From the IMG/VR virus record IMGVR_UViG_3300030101_003361, positions 1 to 64,000 of that record: a stretch of 64,000 nt of DNA. One strand, given 5' to 3'. Below are positions 41,601-51,455 of the stretch, in pieces. A program made the position numbers and the translations under genes. The stretch is from an uncultured virus (IMG/VR IMGVR_UViG_3300030101_003361). Lineage: Duplodnaviria; Heunggongvirae; Uroviricota; Caudoviricetes. Below the pieces are notes generated by a model. It saw nothing but the letters and a program-made list of their open reading frames with translations, was not told where the DNA came from and searched no databases. Position 1 is the first letter of the stretch, and each line of letters starts with the position of its first letter.

Positions 41601-44600
41601 TTAAGAAAAATAAAACGAAATACAAAAAAAGATCTTGCTTCTTCCAAAAGTGTTTTAGAAGAAATAAATAATTTAATTCCTAAAACAGTAAAAACTAAAC
41701 AGGACTTTCAAAATCCTAGAGTATTTAATGACATATATGAATCTTTAACACAAAGAGATAGAGTTATTAATAATTATATTAGGAGCAGAGCTGAAAGTCA
41801 GGAAGAAGCAAATAGAATAATTGATAATGTAACCGACAGGTTAGTTAAATTTGATCCCGAACAAACAAGAGCGGACGGTACTAAAGTTGGAGTGGAAGGC
41901 TTTGGTGAATTTATATTTGCTAATACAAGATTTGGAAAGTTAGACGCTAGAAAAGATTTATTTAAAGAAAGTGAAAAAACTAAAGTTGAAGATAGACTTG
42001 ATAAACCAGAAGCAAAACAAGTAAAAGTTGAAGATACTGGTAATCAAGAAATTAGCATTCAAGAGTCCGCAGCACAAAAATTAGCTACACCTGAATTAAT
42101 TGAAAAGGCTAAAAAACTTATACCTTTAACAGCTATTAAAGTTGGTAAAGCTTTAACAGATAAAAAAGTTGAAGGTAAGAAAAAAGTAAATTTAAGAGAT
42201 AGAGAAAGAAATAAGTTTTTACAAAAACAATTATTTAATCTTGTAAAACCTGTTTTAGGTAAAGGTAAATCATTTGAAAACTTTTTAGATAAAAATGTAA
42301 AAAACTTAAAAAACATTGCATTAGATAATATTAATTTTAACAGGGGAAGTGGTATTTCACAAATCTGGAGTAAAGAAAATCCTCCTAGTGATCAAGAATT
42401 TATTGATTATTATTTAGGTAAAGATATTACACCTGATCAACCTGCTAGTACTAAAAGCGATCGTAAAAAATCATTAAATCAAGCTTTTGGTACACAGCTT
42501 GGTAGGGAACTTATACTTAATAATAAAGAAGTTAACGATGCTTTTAATAATGATTTTGGCATAGATTTAGCAAGTACTAATATTATTAAGTCTTTAGCAA
42601 AAAGCAAAGGCATAGATTTTATTAATGTAAAAGGAAAAATATTACAAGAACTTGATAATAATTTTTTAAGTAATCATAAATATAATTTTAAATCAGCTTT
42701 AGATGCTTTAGATATTCCTAAAGACATAAATCAAAATAGATCTGATAAACTTGCAAATGAGCTTCAAACCGCATATGATAAATTATCTAAAGATATAAAA
42801 GAAGCAGGTACATTTATAATTCCAAGTACCGGAGAAAAATATGAATTAGTTAAATGGCTTACTAATAAAGTATTAGATGAAGCTGAATTAAAAAATTACA
42901 AAACATTAGTTAAAATTATTACAGGTCATGATTTAAATATTGATTATAATGATAAAGAATTTCAAACTAGAGTTAGAAAACAATTAGGTGATGTTTTTAA
43001 AAGAATTAACGACGTTAACTTTATAAATAAATTTTTAGGGCCAGGATTTACTGCACCTTCAAAAATGGGTGATGGTACATTAAAAATGGTAGATGGCACT
43101 GTAATATATGAAGGTAAAAAAGGTAGTCAAAGATATGGACTATTTAATAATGTAAAAGATTTTAATGATTTTGTAAGTAGTTTAAAATTACAAAAAGGTA
43201 AAGAGTATTCAAATTATGATGCTAATTTAACTGTTCCATTACATAAACAAAGTAAGTCATCACTTACAAAAAATGGTATAGAATTTTTAAGAAAAAAATC
43301 TATAGAAAACAATAAAGCTTTATTAGAATTTGTTGATAAAATTAAAGAAGCGGGAGTTGGTATAGATGAGTCTGTAGCACTTATGATTTCTATGAATAAT
43401 AATCCTAAAGGTTTAATTAGATCTGCTGGTATTTATGATTTTTTACCTGATAACATATTAGATAAAGACGGAAATGCAATAATAAAAGGAATATATAGAT
43501 TAGAACATATGACTCCAGCTGTTGGTATAGCTATGGCTGCTGTAGATTATATGCATAATCCACAAGGCAATAAAGCTGATTTTAAAAAGTTGTTACAATC
43601 ATATAGAATAGCACATATACCTATAAAGTATGATGATATGGTAAATAAAGTTTATAAACAACATATGCCATCATATTTTAAAATAGGTGATTCATCTTTA
43701 ATTAGATACTTTAATTTTGAAATACCCGGATTTGATTTAAAATTAAGAGAGTTATCAACAGGTAATGTATATGATAAAAACTTTTATAAAGATAATACAC
43801 AGCAAAAGTTAGCTAAAGAAGGTATAGAAAAAACTTATGATACAGATCTTGCTTCTAAAAAATTAAGTGAAGAGTTCAATATAATATTAGAAGAAACTAC
43901 AGGTAAAGATAGAAATGCAAAATATTCTGAATCTAGAGCTAATATGCTTGGTAAAAAGAACAATCCTTTTAAATTTTTTGTTCCTTATTCAGCAGAAGAT
44001 TATATGGGCCTTGTATATGTAACACTTGGTAAAGGAAAAGTTGGTGAGCAACAGTTGCAATGGTATAAAGATAATATTATAGCACCTTACGCTAGAGGTA
44101 TTTCTGAATATGAAAGCGCTAAACAAGTTACGTTAGATGCATGGAATAATCTTAAAGGTAAAATTAAAAATACACCTGCTAATTTAAGACAAGAAGCAGT
44201 TAGAGGTTTTGATAATCAAAATGCTGTAAGATTATATATATGGAATAAACAAAATATGTTACCCGAAGGTACTGCTAAAAAAGATATTGATGCTATTGTT
44301 AAACATGTTGAAAAAAATAGTGAACTATTAAATTTTGCAAATCAAATCCAACAATTATTAGGTAATGCATATCCTAAACCTTCTTCTGATTGGTTAGCTG
44401 GTACTATAACAACGGATATAATTCAAGATTTAGATAATGTTAAAAGAAAAGATTTTTTAAAAGACTGGAGAGAAGCTGTTGAAACTGTGTATAGCAAAGA
44501 AAATTTAAATAAACTTAAAGCTATATATGGTGATAATTATGTAGAAGCTTTAAAAGATATGCTTTACAGAATGGCAACCGGAAGTAATAGACCTACCGGA

Positions 44601-46223
44601 CAAAATAAAATAGCTAATCAATGGTTAAACTGGCTAAATAATTCTGTGGGTGGTATAATGTTCTTTAATAGTAGATCTGCACTTCTTCAAACATTATCTG
44701 CTGTAAACTATACAAATTTTAGTGATAATAATCCTTTAAGAATTGCACAAGCTTTTGCTAATCAACCACAATTTTGGAAAGACTTTAGTTTTCTTTTTAA
44801 CTCAGATTTTCTAAAACAAAGAAGAGGTGGCTTACAAACAGATGTTAATGCTGATGAAATAGCAAAAGCAGCTGAATTGTCTAATAATAAGTATAGAGCC
44901 GGTATTGCTTATATACTTAAAAAAGGATTTATACCAACTCAATTTGCAGATAGTTTTGCAATATCTTTTGGTGGTGCTACATTTTATAGAAATAGAATTA
45001 GATCTCTTATGAAAGAAGGTATGGATCAAAAGCAAGCTGAAGAACAAGCATATTTAGATTGGAAAGAGCTTTCTGAAGAAGCTCAACAATCCTCTCGACC
45101 AGATAGAGTTTCTATGCAACAAGCAAGCCCTTTAGGACGCGTTGTGCTAGCTTTTGCTAACACACCTATACAATATACTAGATTGATGAAAAAAGCTATT
45201 CTAGACTTAAAAAACAAAAGAGGCGATTGGAAAACAAATGTTTCTAAAATTGTATGGTACGGTGCTGTTCAAAATATTATATTTACAGGTTTACAAAATG
45301 CTTTATTTGCTTTAATGTATGGAGATGATGAAGAAGATGAAAAGGCTAGAGAAATGGCTAAAAAGAATAAGTATCTTAGATCTGCAAATAGTATATTTGA
45401 TACTTTATTAAGAGGTATGGGATTAGCTGGGGCCGTTGCTGTTACAGCAAAAAATGTTATACAGGATATTATTTTACAAACATATGGTAAAGAGTTAGGT
45501 TTGAAAAAAACTAATAGAAAAGATTATCAAAAATCTTTTATGGAAATTACAACTCTTTCTCCACCGTTAGATTCTAAAATAAGTAAACTAATGTCAGTAG
45601 GGCGTGCTTTTCAATATAAACAAGAATTAGAAAAAATGAAAACGTTGCCTTTATATAATATTAATAATCCAGCATTAATGGCAGCAGGACAACTTTCTTC
45701 TGCAATAATTAATTTACCTGCAGATAGAGTATTGCAAAAAGCTAGAAATTTAAAATTAGCTATGGATAAAGATACTGAAGCGTGGCAATCTATAGCTTTA
45801 TCTTTAGGTTTTAATCAGTGGGATTTATTAATGGAAGACCCTATTAAAAGAGATTATCCAGAAATATTTAAAAAGAAAAAGAAAAAGAAAAAGAAAAAGA
45901 GCAGAAAAAGCTCGAGGATAGTAAGCCCTATTAAAAAATTAGAAAATTTACCTAATGGTGTACTTGGAAAAGCACATAAAGACGGCACAATACAAATCAG
46001 GGAAGGATTGCCAAAAGAAAAAAGAAAAAAAGTTATAGCACATGAGAAACAACATGTAAAAGATATGAAGTCTGGTAAATTAAACTATGATAATTCTTTT
46101 GTATATTGGATGGGTTGTAAATACCCTAGAACTAACGATAAAAAAATAATTTATAACGGGAAAGCTTTGCCTGAAGGGCATAGATCATTTCCTTGGGAAA
46201 AATCCGCAAATAAAGCAATATAA
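38643..46223 (+). CDS. giant ejection / polyvalent protein with two HExxH zincin-like motifs
   Basis: 2526 aa; HHEAMH at 41052, HEKQH at 46041. Confidence 0.75.
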   Translation: MPTFRLANGEIRDISDDELQAFLLTEEGKNATQIETSNQSEEEVIGPKKTVEPQNFNRFIIPSFEDKNNLKEIPTDANAVYKSLDNKFKDIKPSSLGDKEYEKKSNEIFNSFYEDPQFKNMQNAILEQIKPKVDKKRKELEEKIRKNKIFYTEANKELNNYSNTLFAQAAGNSSSMNNLIKTYEDAFNKNVNNQYNEFLTQEEKEKKEQLRDNYLDNSSFFGNIPLPKSFKAGIASSFLELRSTPENIALKSSQDRINKLQTRLDDITSGRRGARMLKEAEEASKKYGGFSFTPSKDEILQRKLNNYIDEKSRPIKGDPIEYYTKEIQKEQNRFAENYVKSKRFEPILEALGNNAFYDEDGITFRDVQQGLGQQTVYTGMAMMSGGLANYFLEKGQIIKETLDTALAEKAKSMDKNVSELSNFEQIDLLQEMFDNNEIDLKTSDITAALVAASERVGAGFLLGKGAQFLTKGLVKATPKPVFKAFQKGYIKQGLKNAKVNATNWRNYINPTVSVLGEATTEGFIQEPLIIAGVNEALKKVKDADGNNLSINVYDPMRLKESFTQAAFASPGISAGARAIRKARKEAYRGLFEQGSNTTRDQINVRRKKAKDKLDKGAITEEQYIQEIDELDTVEDLIYSRRIDKFDPKTRVKFGELALEQQKLLQERETLKNSLSDRPFDVKKSEKNKENLANVQEQMQIILAEQQYLASDKTLGKYINEQEDGVFANTTYKNFKTRKAFEKWAKENNLDKKSVAEGLINNENFAGYLPQGEKTFLVTIDQNVRQAFRGKGGVVGAGVAANVVHHEAMHVIQQNLDNETMSDLIAELESISKNDSKISRILMATERRLLIDGLMPGTEQYNKEYFTSISDFLRGENLTEENVTVEDAGILAEIGEKLTKFLGNDTLDVLNFENVKSGEDVIPFLLKYNEFNGKPVEQLKLPSSVKTSQSTPDEKEIVEELRLIEERESEFNITPETRARREELQRSLRKIKRNTKKDLASSKSVLEEINNLIPKTVKTKQDFQNPRVFNDIYESLTQRDRVINNYIRSRAESQEEANRIIDNVTDRLVKFDPEQTRADGTKVGVEGFGEFIFANTRFGKLDARKDLFKESEKTKVEDRLDKPEAKQVKVEDTGNQEISIQESAAQKLATPELIEKAKKLIPLTAIKVGKALTDKKVEGKKKVNLRDRERNKFLQKQLFNLVKPVLGKGKSFENFLDKNVKNLKNIALDNINFNRGSGISQIWSKENPPSDQEFIDYYLGKDITPDQPASTKSDRKKSLNQAFGTQLGRELILNNKEVNDAFNNDFGIDLASTNIIKSLAKSKGIDFINVKGKILQELDNNFLSNHKYNFKSALDALDIPKDINQNRSDKLANELQTAYDKLSKDIKEAGTFIIPSTGEKYELVKWLTNKVLDEAELKNYKTLVKIITGHDLNIDYNDKEFQTRVRKQLGDVFKRINDVNFINKFLGPGFTAPSKMGDGTLKMVDGTVIYEGKKGSQRYGLFNNVKDFNDFVSSLKLQKGKEYSNYDANLTVPLHKQSKSSLTKNGIEFLRKKSIENNKALLEFVDKIKEAGVGIDESVALMISMNNNPKGLIRSAGIYDFLPDNILDKDGNAIIKGIYRLEHMTPAVGIAMAAVDYMHNPQGNKADFKKLLQSYRIAHIPIKYDDMVNKVYKQHMPSYFKIGDSSLIRYFNFEIPGFDLKLRELSTGNVYDKNFYKDNTQQKLAKEGIEKTYDTDLASKKLSEEFNIILEETTGKDRNAKYSESRANMLGKKNNPFKFFVPYSAEDYMGLVYVTLGKGKVGEQQLQWYKDNIIAPYARGISEYESAKQVTLDAWNNLKGKIKNTPANLRQEAVRGFDNQNAVRLYIWNKQNMLPEGTAKKDIDAIVKHVEKNSELLNFANQIQQLLGNAYPKPSSDWLAGTITTDIIQDLDNVKRKDFLKDWREAVETVYSKENLNKLKAIYGDNYVEALKDMLYRMATGSNRPTGQNKIANQWLNWLNNSVGGIMFFNSRSALLQTLSAVNYTNFSDNNPLRIAQAFANQPQFWKDFSFLFNSDFLKQRRGGLQTDVNADEIAKAAELSNNKYRAGIAYILKKGFIPTQFADSFAISFGGATFYRNRIRSLMKEGMDQKQAEEQAYLDWKELSEEAQQSSRPDRVSMQQASPLGRVVLAFANTPIQYTRLMKKAILDLKNKRGDWKTNVSKIVWYGAVQNIIFTGLQNALFALMYGDDEEDEKAREMAKKNKYLRSANSIFDTLLRGMGLAGAVAVTAKNVIQDIILQTYGKELGLKKTNRKDYQKSFMEITTLSPPLDSKISKLMSVGRAFQYKQELEKMKTLPLYNINNPALMAAGQLSSAIINLPADRVLQKARNLKLAMDKDTEAWQSIALSLGFNQWDLLMEDPIKRDYPEIFKKKKKKKKKKSRKSSRIVSPIKKLENLPNGVLGKAHKDGTIQIREGLPKEKRKKVIAHEKQHVKDMKSGKLNYDNSFVYWMGCKYPRTNDKKIIYNGKALPEGHRSFPWEKSANKAI

Positions 46224-46225
46224 TT

Positions 46226-46894
46226 ATGAGAAATACACCATTACCTTCACTAAGCGCCTTTAGTGGTATAGAATCTTTAAGAAAAAAATCTAAGGAAGAA
46301 GAAAAAAAAATGAAAATTTCTTCACCTAATATTGATAATACTGTTGATGCAGAAAGAGAAAGACTTAGTAAAAATTTTGAATCCGCAAGAACTAAAAAAG
46401 AAAAAAGAAAACAAAAATTTGTAGATTCAAAAAAAGATATTAAAAAAGAAATAAGCTACACTCAAAGAGGTTTAATAAATGTAAGAACGTCTGATCTTGA
46501 TAAAGATGGAAAGAAAGAAGCTGCTTTTAGAGATAGAAAAAAAGCTTTAAGAATGAAATTACAAAAAGCTAGATTAGACGAAAGAAAGAAAAGAGCAGAA
46601 GATAGAAAACAACAATGGGCTGAAAAACAGTTTATGAAAGGTAAATATGATAGCGTAGATGCTGCAAAATCTAGATTTCAATCTGTGCAAGATATGACAG
46701 TAAAAGATAAAGAAAATAGAGAAAATTTATTTAAAACAAATAAATTTTACGACGGAGGAGGCGAAGAAGATAGTAATAACCCTGAGGTTGAAGCTTCAGA
46801 AAACGCAGAGGTAAGCTTAACTAATAACGTGCAAGATAATAATTTAACAAAAGAAAAAAAAATAATTGGCACAATGTATAAAGGTGAGTATTAA
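46226..46894 (+). CDS. charged hypothetical protein
   Basis: 222 aa, K/E/R-rich; last gene of the + block. Confidence 0.65.
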   Translation: MRNTPLPSLSAFSGIESLRKKSKEEEKKMKISSPNIDNTVDAERERLSKNFESARTKKEKRKQKFVDSKKDIKKEISYTQRGLINVRTSDLDKDGKKEAAFRDRKKALRMKLQKARLDERKKRAEDRKQQWAEKQFMKGKYDSVDAAKSRFQSVQDMTVKDKENRENLFKTNKFYDGGGEEDSNNPEVEASENAEVSLTNNVQDNNLTKEKKIIGTMYKGEY

Positions 46895-46923
46895 AAAAAG
46901 GGGCTGTTTAGGCCCCTTTATTT
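46893..46923. terminator. bidirectional intrinsic terminator
   Basis: AAAAAAAGGGGC-TGTTTAG-GCCCCTTTATTT between the convergent blocks. Confidence 0.8.
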
Positions 46924-46925
46924 GT

Positions 46926-47117
46926 TTAAAAGAATAATAATCCAACAACAAAACCAAACACCGGGCCTAGTAATGCCCATACTTTATATAGTTTTATTAT
47001 TTTATTTTCTGAAGAAGAATAAATATTATCTCCTGTATCTAAATTTAAAGATTCAATTTTATCTTCTAATTCTTTTATTTTTGCTTTTGCATCAGCAAAT
47101 GTAAATCGCTTTCCCAT
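46926..47117 (-). CDS. small protein with C-terminal TM
   Basis: 63 aa, coiled coil plus hydrophobic tail. Confidence 0.6.
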   Translation of the reverse strand: MGKRFTFADAKAKIKELEDKIESLNLDTGDNIYSSSENKIIKLYKVWALLGPVFGFVVGLLFF

Positions 47118-47131
47118 ATTATTAATTTATA

Positions 47132-48874
47132 TTAACCATCGCAGCTTAAACAATTAGGATCCATAGCTGCTGCGGCTATATCTCCTCTCAGTACAGACTC
47201 AGTACGCATATAATACAAAGTTTTTATGCCATGTTTCCATGCTTCCATATGTACTTGATTTATCCAACGTGGAGTTGCCTCAGAAGGAAAAGCAAGATTA
47301 AGTGATACTGATTGATCAATATAATCTTGTCTTATACCTGCTTGTCTAACTAACTCTAGTTGATTTATTTCTTTAAATGTTTTGAACACGTTTTTAACTG
47401 GCTCTCCATCTTCTTGATTGAGTCTTCCTCTTTCGTCATAATACCATCCTTTAAGTGCGTCGATTGCCTGAACAGATCCACCATCGGCAAGTATCTTATC
47501 CCATGTATCTTTGTTATCAATCCCAATTTTTCTTAATACTTTTTTAAGTTCGTTATTTTTTCTAATAAATGTACCTTTAGCAGATTGCTCTGTAAATACA
47601 TTTGCAGCCCAAGGTTCAATACCCGGTGAAACATTACCTGCTAATTTAGAATTACTTACAGTTGGTGCTATAGCACGAAGATGTGTATTTCTAAATCCTG
47701 TACCTACACACCAAAGAGGTTCACCATATATTTCAGCAAGCGCTCTTGAAGCACGCTCAGTTTCAATTTTTATTTTTGAAAATATTTCACGTGTTTTAAA
47801 CTGTGCTAATAAACTTTCATAAGCAATACCTTTATTTTGTAATAAGCTATGCCACCCAAGTACACCTAACCCAACGGCTCTTCCCTTTTCAGCAGATCTT
47901 ACTGCATTTTCAAAACCTTTCATGTTTTTAGCTTTTTGAATAAATTCTTCAAGAACTCCATCTAAAAACCATGTAGCATCATATATAAGATTTGTATTTT
48001 TCCATTCATCATATTTGTCTAAATTAACAGAAGATAAGCAGCATACAAAGCTATGAGACTCATCTGTATGCAATACTATTTCACTGCATATATTAGTCAT
48101 ATGAACTTTTAAACTATTTTTCTTATATGCTTCTGGATTAGCTTTGTTTGTATTTCCTTTAAATAAGATATATGGTTCTCCAGTGGCTTTACGCTTTTGG
48201 ATAAGCTTTGACCATCTTTGCCTAGCTTCTGGATCTCCTCCTTCAAGCTTTCGCATAAACTTATCACCAACAACAGCACACTGGTGCAAGTTAAGTGATT
48301 GTCTATTGACATCTCCTTTAGGTTCTCTAATTTCAAGCCATTCGAGAAAATCGTTATGTTCAATATTGATATTAACGCTTGCAGCTCCTCTTCTAACGGA
48401 GCCTTGGTTGGTTGCGAGTATAGTTGAGTCGTATATTTTGCAAAAAGGGACAACGCCGTCTGAAGTTCCATTACCTGTAATTTTAGCACCGGCAGGACGA
48501 ATCATATTAACTCCGATACCTACACCCCCGCCGTGTTTTGCAAGTAACATCATTTCTAAATTTTTATTACCTATATCTTGAATGCTATCTGCAACATCAA
48601 TTCCAAAACAACTTATAGGTAAACCTCTGTCTGCACCTGTATTAGAAAGTACAGGAGAAGCTAAACACAACCATCCTTTCCATATATAATCAAAAAATTT
48701 ATCTGCAAGTTCTGGTTTATATAAACGCTTTGCTATAGTTTTAGCAACACGTGTATAAGCATCACGAGGTGATTCACCATTTATAAGATAGCCACCTGAT
48801 ATAGTTTTTTTGTAAACATCATTATCACCCCATGAAGGATAATCTTTACCCTTAACCCAATTGTTATTCCACAT
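47132..48874 (-). CDS. nrdA: class I ribonucleotide reductase alpha subunit, no ATP cone
   Basis: SPVLSN, ISC, GGGVG, TNICSEI, AIAPT.S, KTLYY and C-terminal CLSC. Confidence 0.95.
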   Translation of the reverse strand: MWNNNWVKGKDYPSWGDNDVYKKTISGGYLINGESPRDAYTRVAKTIAKRLYKPELADKFFDYIWKGWLCLASPVLSNTGADRGLPISCFGIDVADSIQDIGNKNLEMMLLAKHGGGVGIGVNMIRPAGAKITGNGTSDGVVPFCKIYDSTILATNQGSVRRGAASVNINIEHNDFLEWLEIREPKGDVNRQSLNLHQCAVVGDKFMRKLEGGDPEARQRWSKLIQKRKATGEPYILFKGNTNKANPEAYKKNSLKVHMTNICSEIVLHTDESHSFVCCLSSVNLDKYDEWKNTNLIYDATWFLDGVLEEFIQKAKNMKGFENAVRSAEKGRAVGLGVLGWHSLLQNKGIAYESLLAQFKTREIFSKIKIETERASRALAEIYGEPLWCVGTGFRNTHLRAIAPTVSNSKLAGNVSPGIEPWAANVFTEQSAKGTFIRKNNELKKVLRKIGIDNKDTWDKILADGGSVQAIDALKGWYYDERGRLNQEDGEPVKNVFKTFKEINQLELVRQAGIRQDYIDQSVSLNLAFPSEATPRWINQVHMEAWKHGIKTLYYMRTESVLRGDIAAAAMDPNCLSCDG

Positions 48875-48895
48875 TATTTTTATTATTTAAATTTT

Positions 48896-49864
48896 TTACC
48901 AGATATCTTCAAAATCTTCTCCTTCGTTAGCTTTTGAGTAATCAGTCGGACGAACAGCAAAGAAATCAGTATGAGTGTGCCCCCCGGTAAGATGGTAGAA
49001 CCAGTCAAGATTGCTCGCTGCAATTTTGTCGTATTCAAAGTAGGTCCCACTGTTTGAGTAACCGAGTTCAACAATTTTTTCGTTGAGACGTTTTCTGATA
49101 AATTGTTTAAGGTCGTATGCACTGAGGTTTTCAATGTCTCCTTGTTCAAACATTTTATCAATGTATCTTTCTTCTGCTTTAAGCATTGTTTTTGCTGCTT
49201 TAATAACGTGTGTATAGCAATCATTTTGTAATCCTTTAATTTCTTGGCACATATGCCTAAATAGTTGACATCCCATTTTAGAATGTAATGACTCATCTCT
49301 TACACTCCATTTCATTTGTTGTCCGATACCCTTAAGTAAATTACGTAACTGAAAAGAATATAAAACAGCAAAGGCAGAATATAAAGAAACCCCTTCCGCA
49401 AAAGCACTAAATACAGCAAGTGACTTGCCAATCCCAATTGGATCAGTGCCACTATAGCTAACAAGATTATCAAACCGTGCAGCTGTTGCAGGTTCGTGTA
49501 AAAACGCTTCAAAATTTTCAAGACCAAGTGTTTCATTTAAATAAGAATATGCTACTGCGTGAATTGTTTCTTGTGAGCCAAACATCATGGCCATTTGTTG
49601 GATTTCATGTTTAGGAAACCACGATACAACTTTTTGGGTCCAATAATCAGAAACCGCACACTCCGTTTGTGCAAATCCCAAAAGTATATTTCCAACCAAG
49701 TTCTTCTCTGCTTTGGTAAGTTTTTCATTCCAATCTTTGACGTCACCTGACATTGGTATCTCTGTGTGAAGCCAAAAAGCTTGCGCTTGTTTAAGCCAAC
49801 CTTCTGTATAATATTCCGGATATTCAAAAGGTTTATAAGGTATTCTTTCATTGAATAGACTCAT
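48896..49864 (-). CDS. nrdB: ribonucleotide reductase beta subunit
   Basis: FW...E, ETIH..AY, EG..LYS.F, RDESLH and DFF..R.TDY motifs. Confidence 0.95.
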   Translation of the reverse strand: MSLFNERIPYKPFEYPEYYTEGWLKQAQAFWLHTEIPMSGDVKDWNEKLTKAEKNLVGNILLGFAQTECAVSDYWTQKVVSWFPKHEIQQMAMMFGSQETIHAVAYSYLNETLGLENFEAFLHEPATAARFDNLVSYSGTDPIGIGKSLAVFSAFAEGVSLYSAFAVLYSFQLRNLLKGIGQQMKWSVRDESLHSKMGCQLFRHMCQEIKGLQNDCYTHVIKAAKTMLKAEERYIDKMFEQGDIENLSAYDLKQFIRKRLNEKIVELGYSNSGTYFEYDKIAASNLDWFYHLTGGHTHTDFFAVRPTDYSKANEGEDFEDIW

Positions 49865-50054
49865 CTTTTTTCTTTTTCTTATATTGTTCTTTTAATTTAT
49901 CTAATGCTTTATCGTAACCAGGAAGCTTTTTAACTAACTCCATTGTACCAACACTTAAATCTTTTAAATGTGTAAGTTCTTGTACAACTCTATTCATTGC
50001 AGCTCCTATAGTTTCAATTTTATTGCGCATTTCTATTAGCTTAGTTTCCTTCAT
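49848..50054 (-). CDS. hypothetical protein
   Basis: 68-aa ORF in the operon. Confidence 0.6.
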   Translation of the reverse strand: MKETKLIEMRNKIETIGAAMNRVVQELTHLKDLSVGTMELVKKLPGYDKALDKLKEQYKKKKKDESIQ

Positions 50055-50256
50055 TAAAATATTTATTTAATGTTTTAATTCTATCGTCAGCATCAACTAA
50101 CATTTGTAATGCTTGCTCTGCATTTTTGTAATAGTCATCAGTTGAGTGATCACCAATACCTGCAGCTTTATTGCTTAATAAATCTAAACTAAGCAATGCT
50201 TTTGTTTTATCTGCTTCAGCAGACTTTAATAACATATTATATAATTGTGAGTACAT
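50041..50256 (-). CDS. hypothetical protein (AGIGDHS motif)
   Basis: 71 aa, helical hairpin with central GIG.H. Confidence 0.65.
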   Translation of the reverse strand: MYSQLYNMLLKSAEADKTKALLSLDLLSNKAAGIGDHSTDDYYKNAEQALQMLVDADDRIKTLNKYFNEGN

Positions 50257-50452
50257 CTTTACTAAGTATTATAGGACTCGCATCCTTATTATTTTTAACT
50301 TCTATATGTGTTTCTTTAATGGTAATAATAGGATCTATTGGTTCCATTATTCTTCTAATAACTTTACCGTATTGATCCCTAATTACTTTCTTTTTAGAAA
50401 ATAATCGTTTGTAATTTTTTAAAACGTATTCTTTTAATTTTTCTTCATTCAT
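50237..50452 (-). CDS. hypothetical protein
   Basis: 71-aa ORF in the operon. Confidence 0.55.
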   Translation of the reverse strand: MNEEKLKEYVLKNYKRLFSKKKVIRDQYGKVIRRIMEPIDPIITIKETHIEVKNNKDASPIILSKDVLTII

Positions 50453-50588
50453 AATGTACGGTTATACATAATTCTATAAGTGGTAAATAAAATACATGCT
50501 CTATAAAATCTTTCTCAGGATAGCTTCTTACTCCTATAACAATACCTGGATATAAACCTAAACTAACTTCCCATCCTGCTATTTTCAT
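50445..50588 (-). CDS. hypothetical 47-aa protein (MKIAGWEVSLGLYPGIVIG...)
   Basis: Read manually; fills an operon gap. Confidence 0.55.
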   Translation of the reverse strand: MKIAGWEVSLGLYPGIVIGVRSYPEKDFIEHVFYLPLIELCITVHYE

Positions 50589-50754
50589 TTAAATAGTAAT
50601 TTAACATTTTCATATGGAAAGATATTCTTTCGCTATAGTGTTCCTGTAGACTGAACTCCATATTTTCTGTGCAATCTAACAATTTCTCCATATTTAATAA
50701 TTTTATTTTTAAGTAATTTTTTAATTTCTTTTTCTAATAATCTTTTAGTATACA

Positions 50755-51207
50755 TTAACCGCGCTTTCTTTTTCTCGATTCTTTGATCAATGCTATTGTC
50801 AAATCCACTTCCTTCTGATTTTGCGGCTTGTAAAGTATCTTTCCAATATTGTTTTTCGTAAGCCATAATTTAAATAATTTCCAGCGTAAAGGAAAAGATT
50901 CGTTTGGTCTTCCTTTACATTCTATTATATAATCTTTACCAATAAAATCAGGTGTATATTTTATACCTAATATTTTTTTAGTACCTCTATTTATATATTC
51001 TCCTTTACCATTAGCTTGCTTTTCATAACTTGTATTAGGAAATTGAAATGAAGTTATTAATTCAAATGTTTCATTTTCATATCCTTCAAACAGTTTACTT
51101 TTTTTTAAAGCTATGTAAGTGTATCTTTCAAGCCCTGATGCAAATTTAATACCATCATAAGATATTTTTTTAGCTTGTACAGGGCCTCTCTTCTTACTTC
51201 TTTTCAT
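50755..51207 (-). CDS. endonuclease I-like PD-(D/E)xK resolvase
   Basis: F.SGLE, YTPDF and IIECKG motifs (T7 gp3-like). Confidence 0.8.
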   Translation of the reverse strand: MKRSKKRGPVQAKKISYDGIKFASGLERYTYIALKKSKLFEGYENETFELITSFQFPNTSYEKQANGKGEYINRGTKKILGIKYTPDFIGKDYIIECKGRPNESFPLRWKLFKLWLTKNNIGKILYKPQNQKEVDLTIALIKESRKRKRG

Positions 51208-51455
51208 GTAGTACTCTGTGTCCAGCTAGATTCAGGATATTTACTTATTTTTTTATCCTCTTCAATTAATACAGCTCTAATCTTTTCAATATAGTTAGCA
51301 GCATCCATAAGCTCTTCTTGTAAATGATTAAGCCAAGTATCAAGTGATTGTTCGTCTTTATCTAAACCAACACCATACTTTTTATAACCTGCTTCAGCAC
51401 GCTTTTGAATTTTATCAATTACTCTATTAATTATTTTATCGTTTACTTTACTCAT
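51204..51455 (-). CDS. all-alpha NTP pyrophosphohydrolase-like small protein
   Basis: G.KKYG...WL.HLQEELMDA..Y. Confidence 0.5.
   Translation of the reverse strand: MSKVNDKIINRVIDKIQKRAEAGYKKYGVGLDKDEQSLDTWLNHLQEELMDAANYIEKIRAVLIEEDKKISKYPESSWTQSTT

Noticed and set aside
38643..46223. crAss-type virion RNA polymerase in the giant protein
   Set aside because: No DxDxD catalytic motif in a DFDID/DFDGD-like context was found by eye in this or the adjacent large ORFs.
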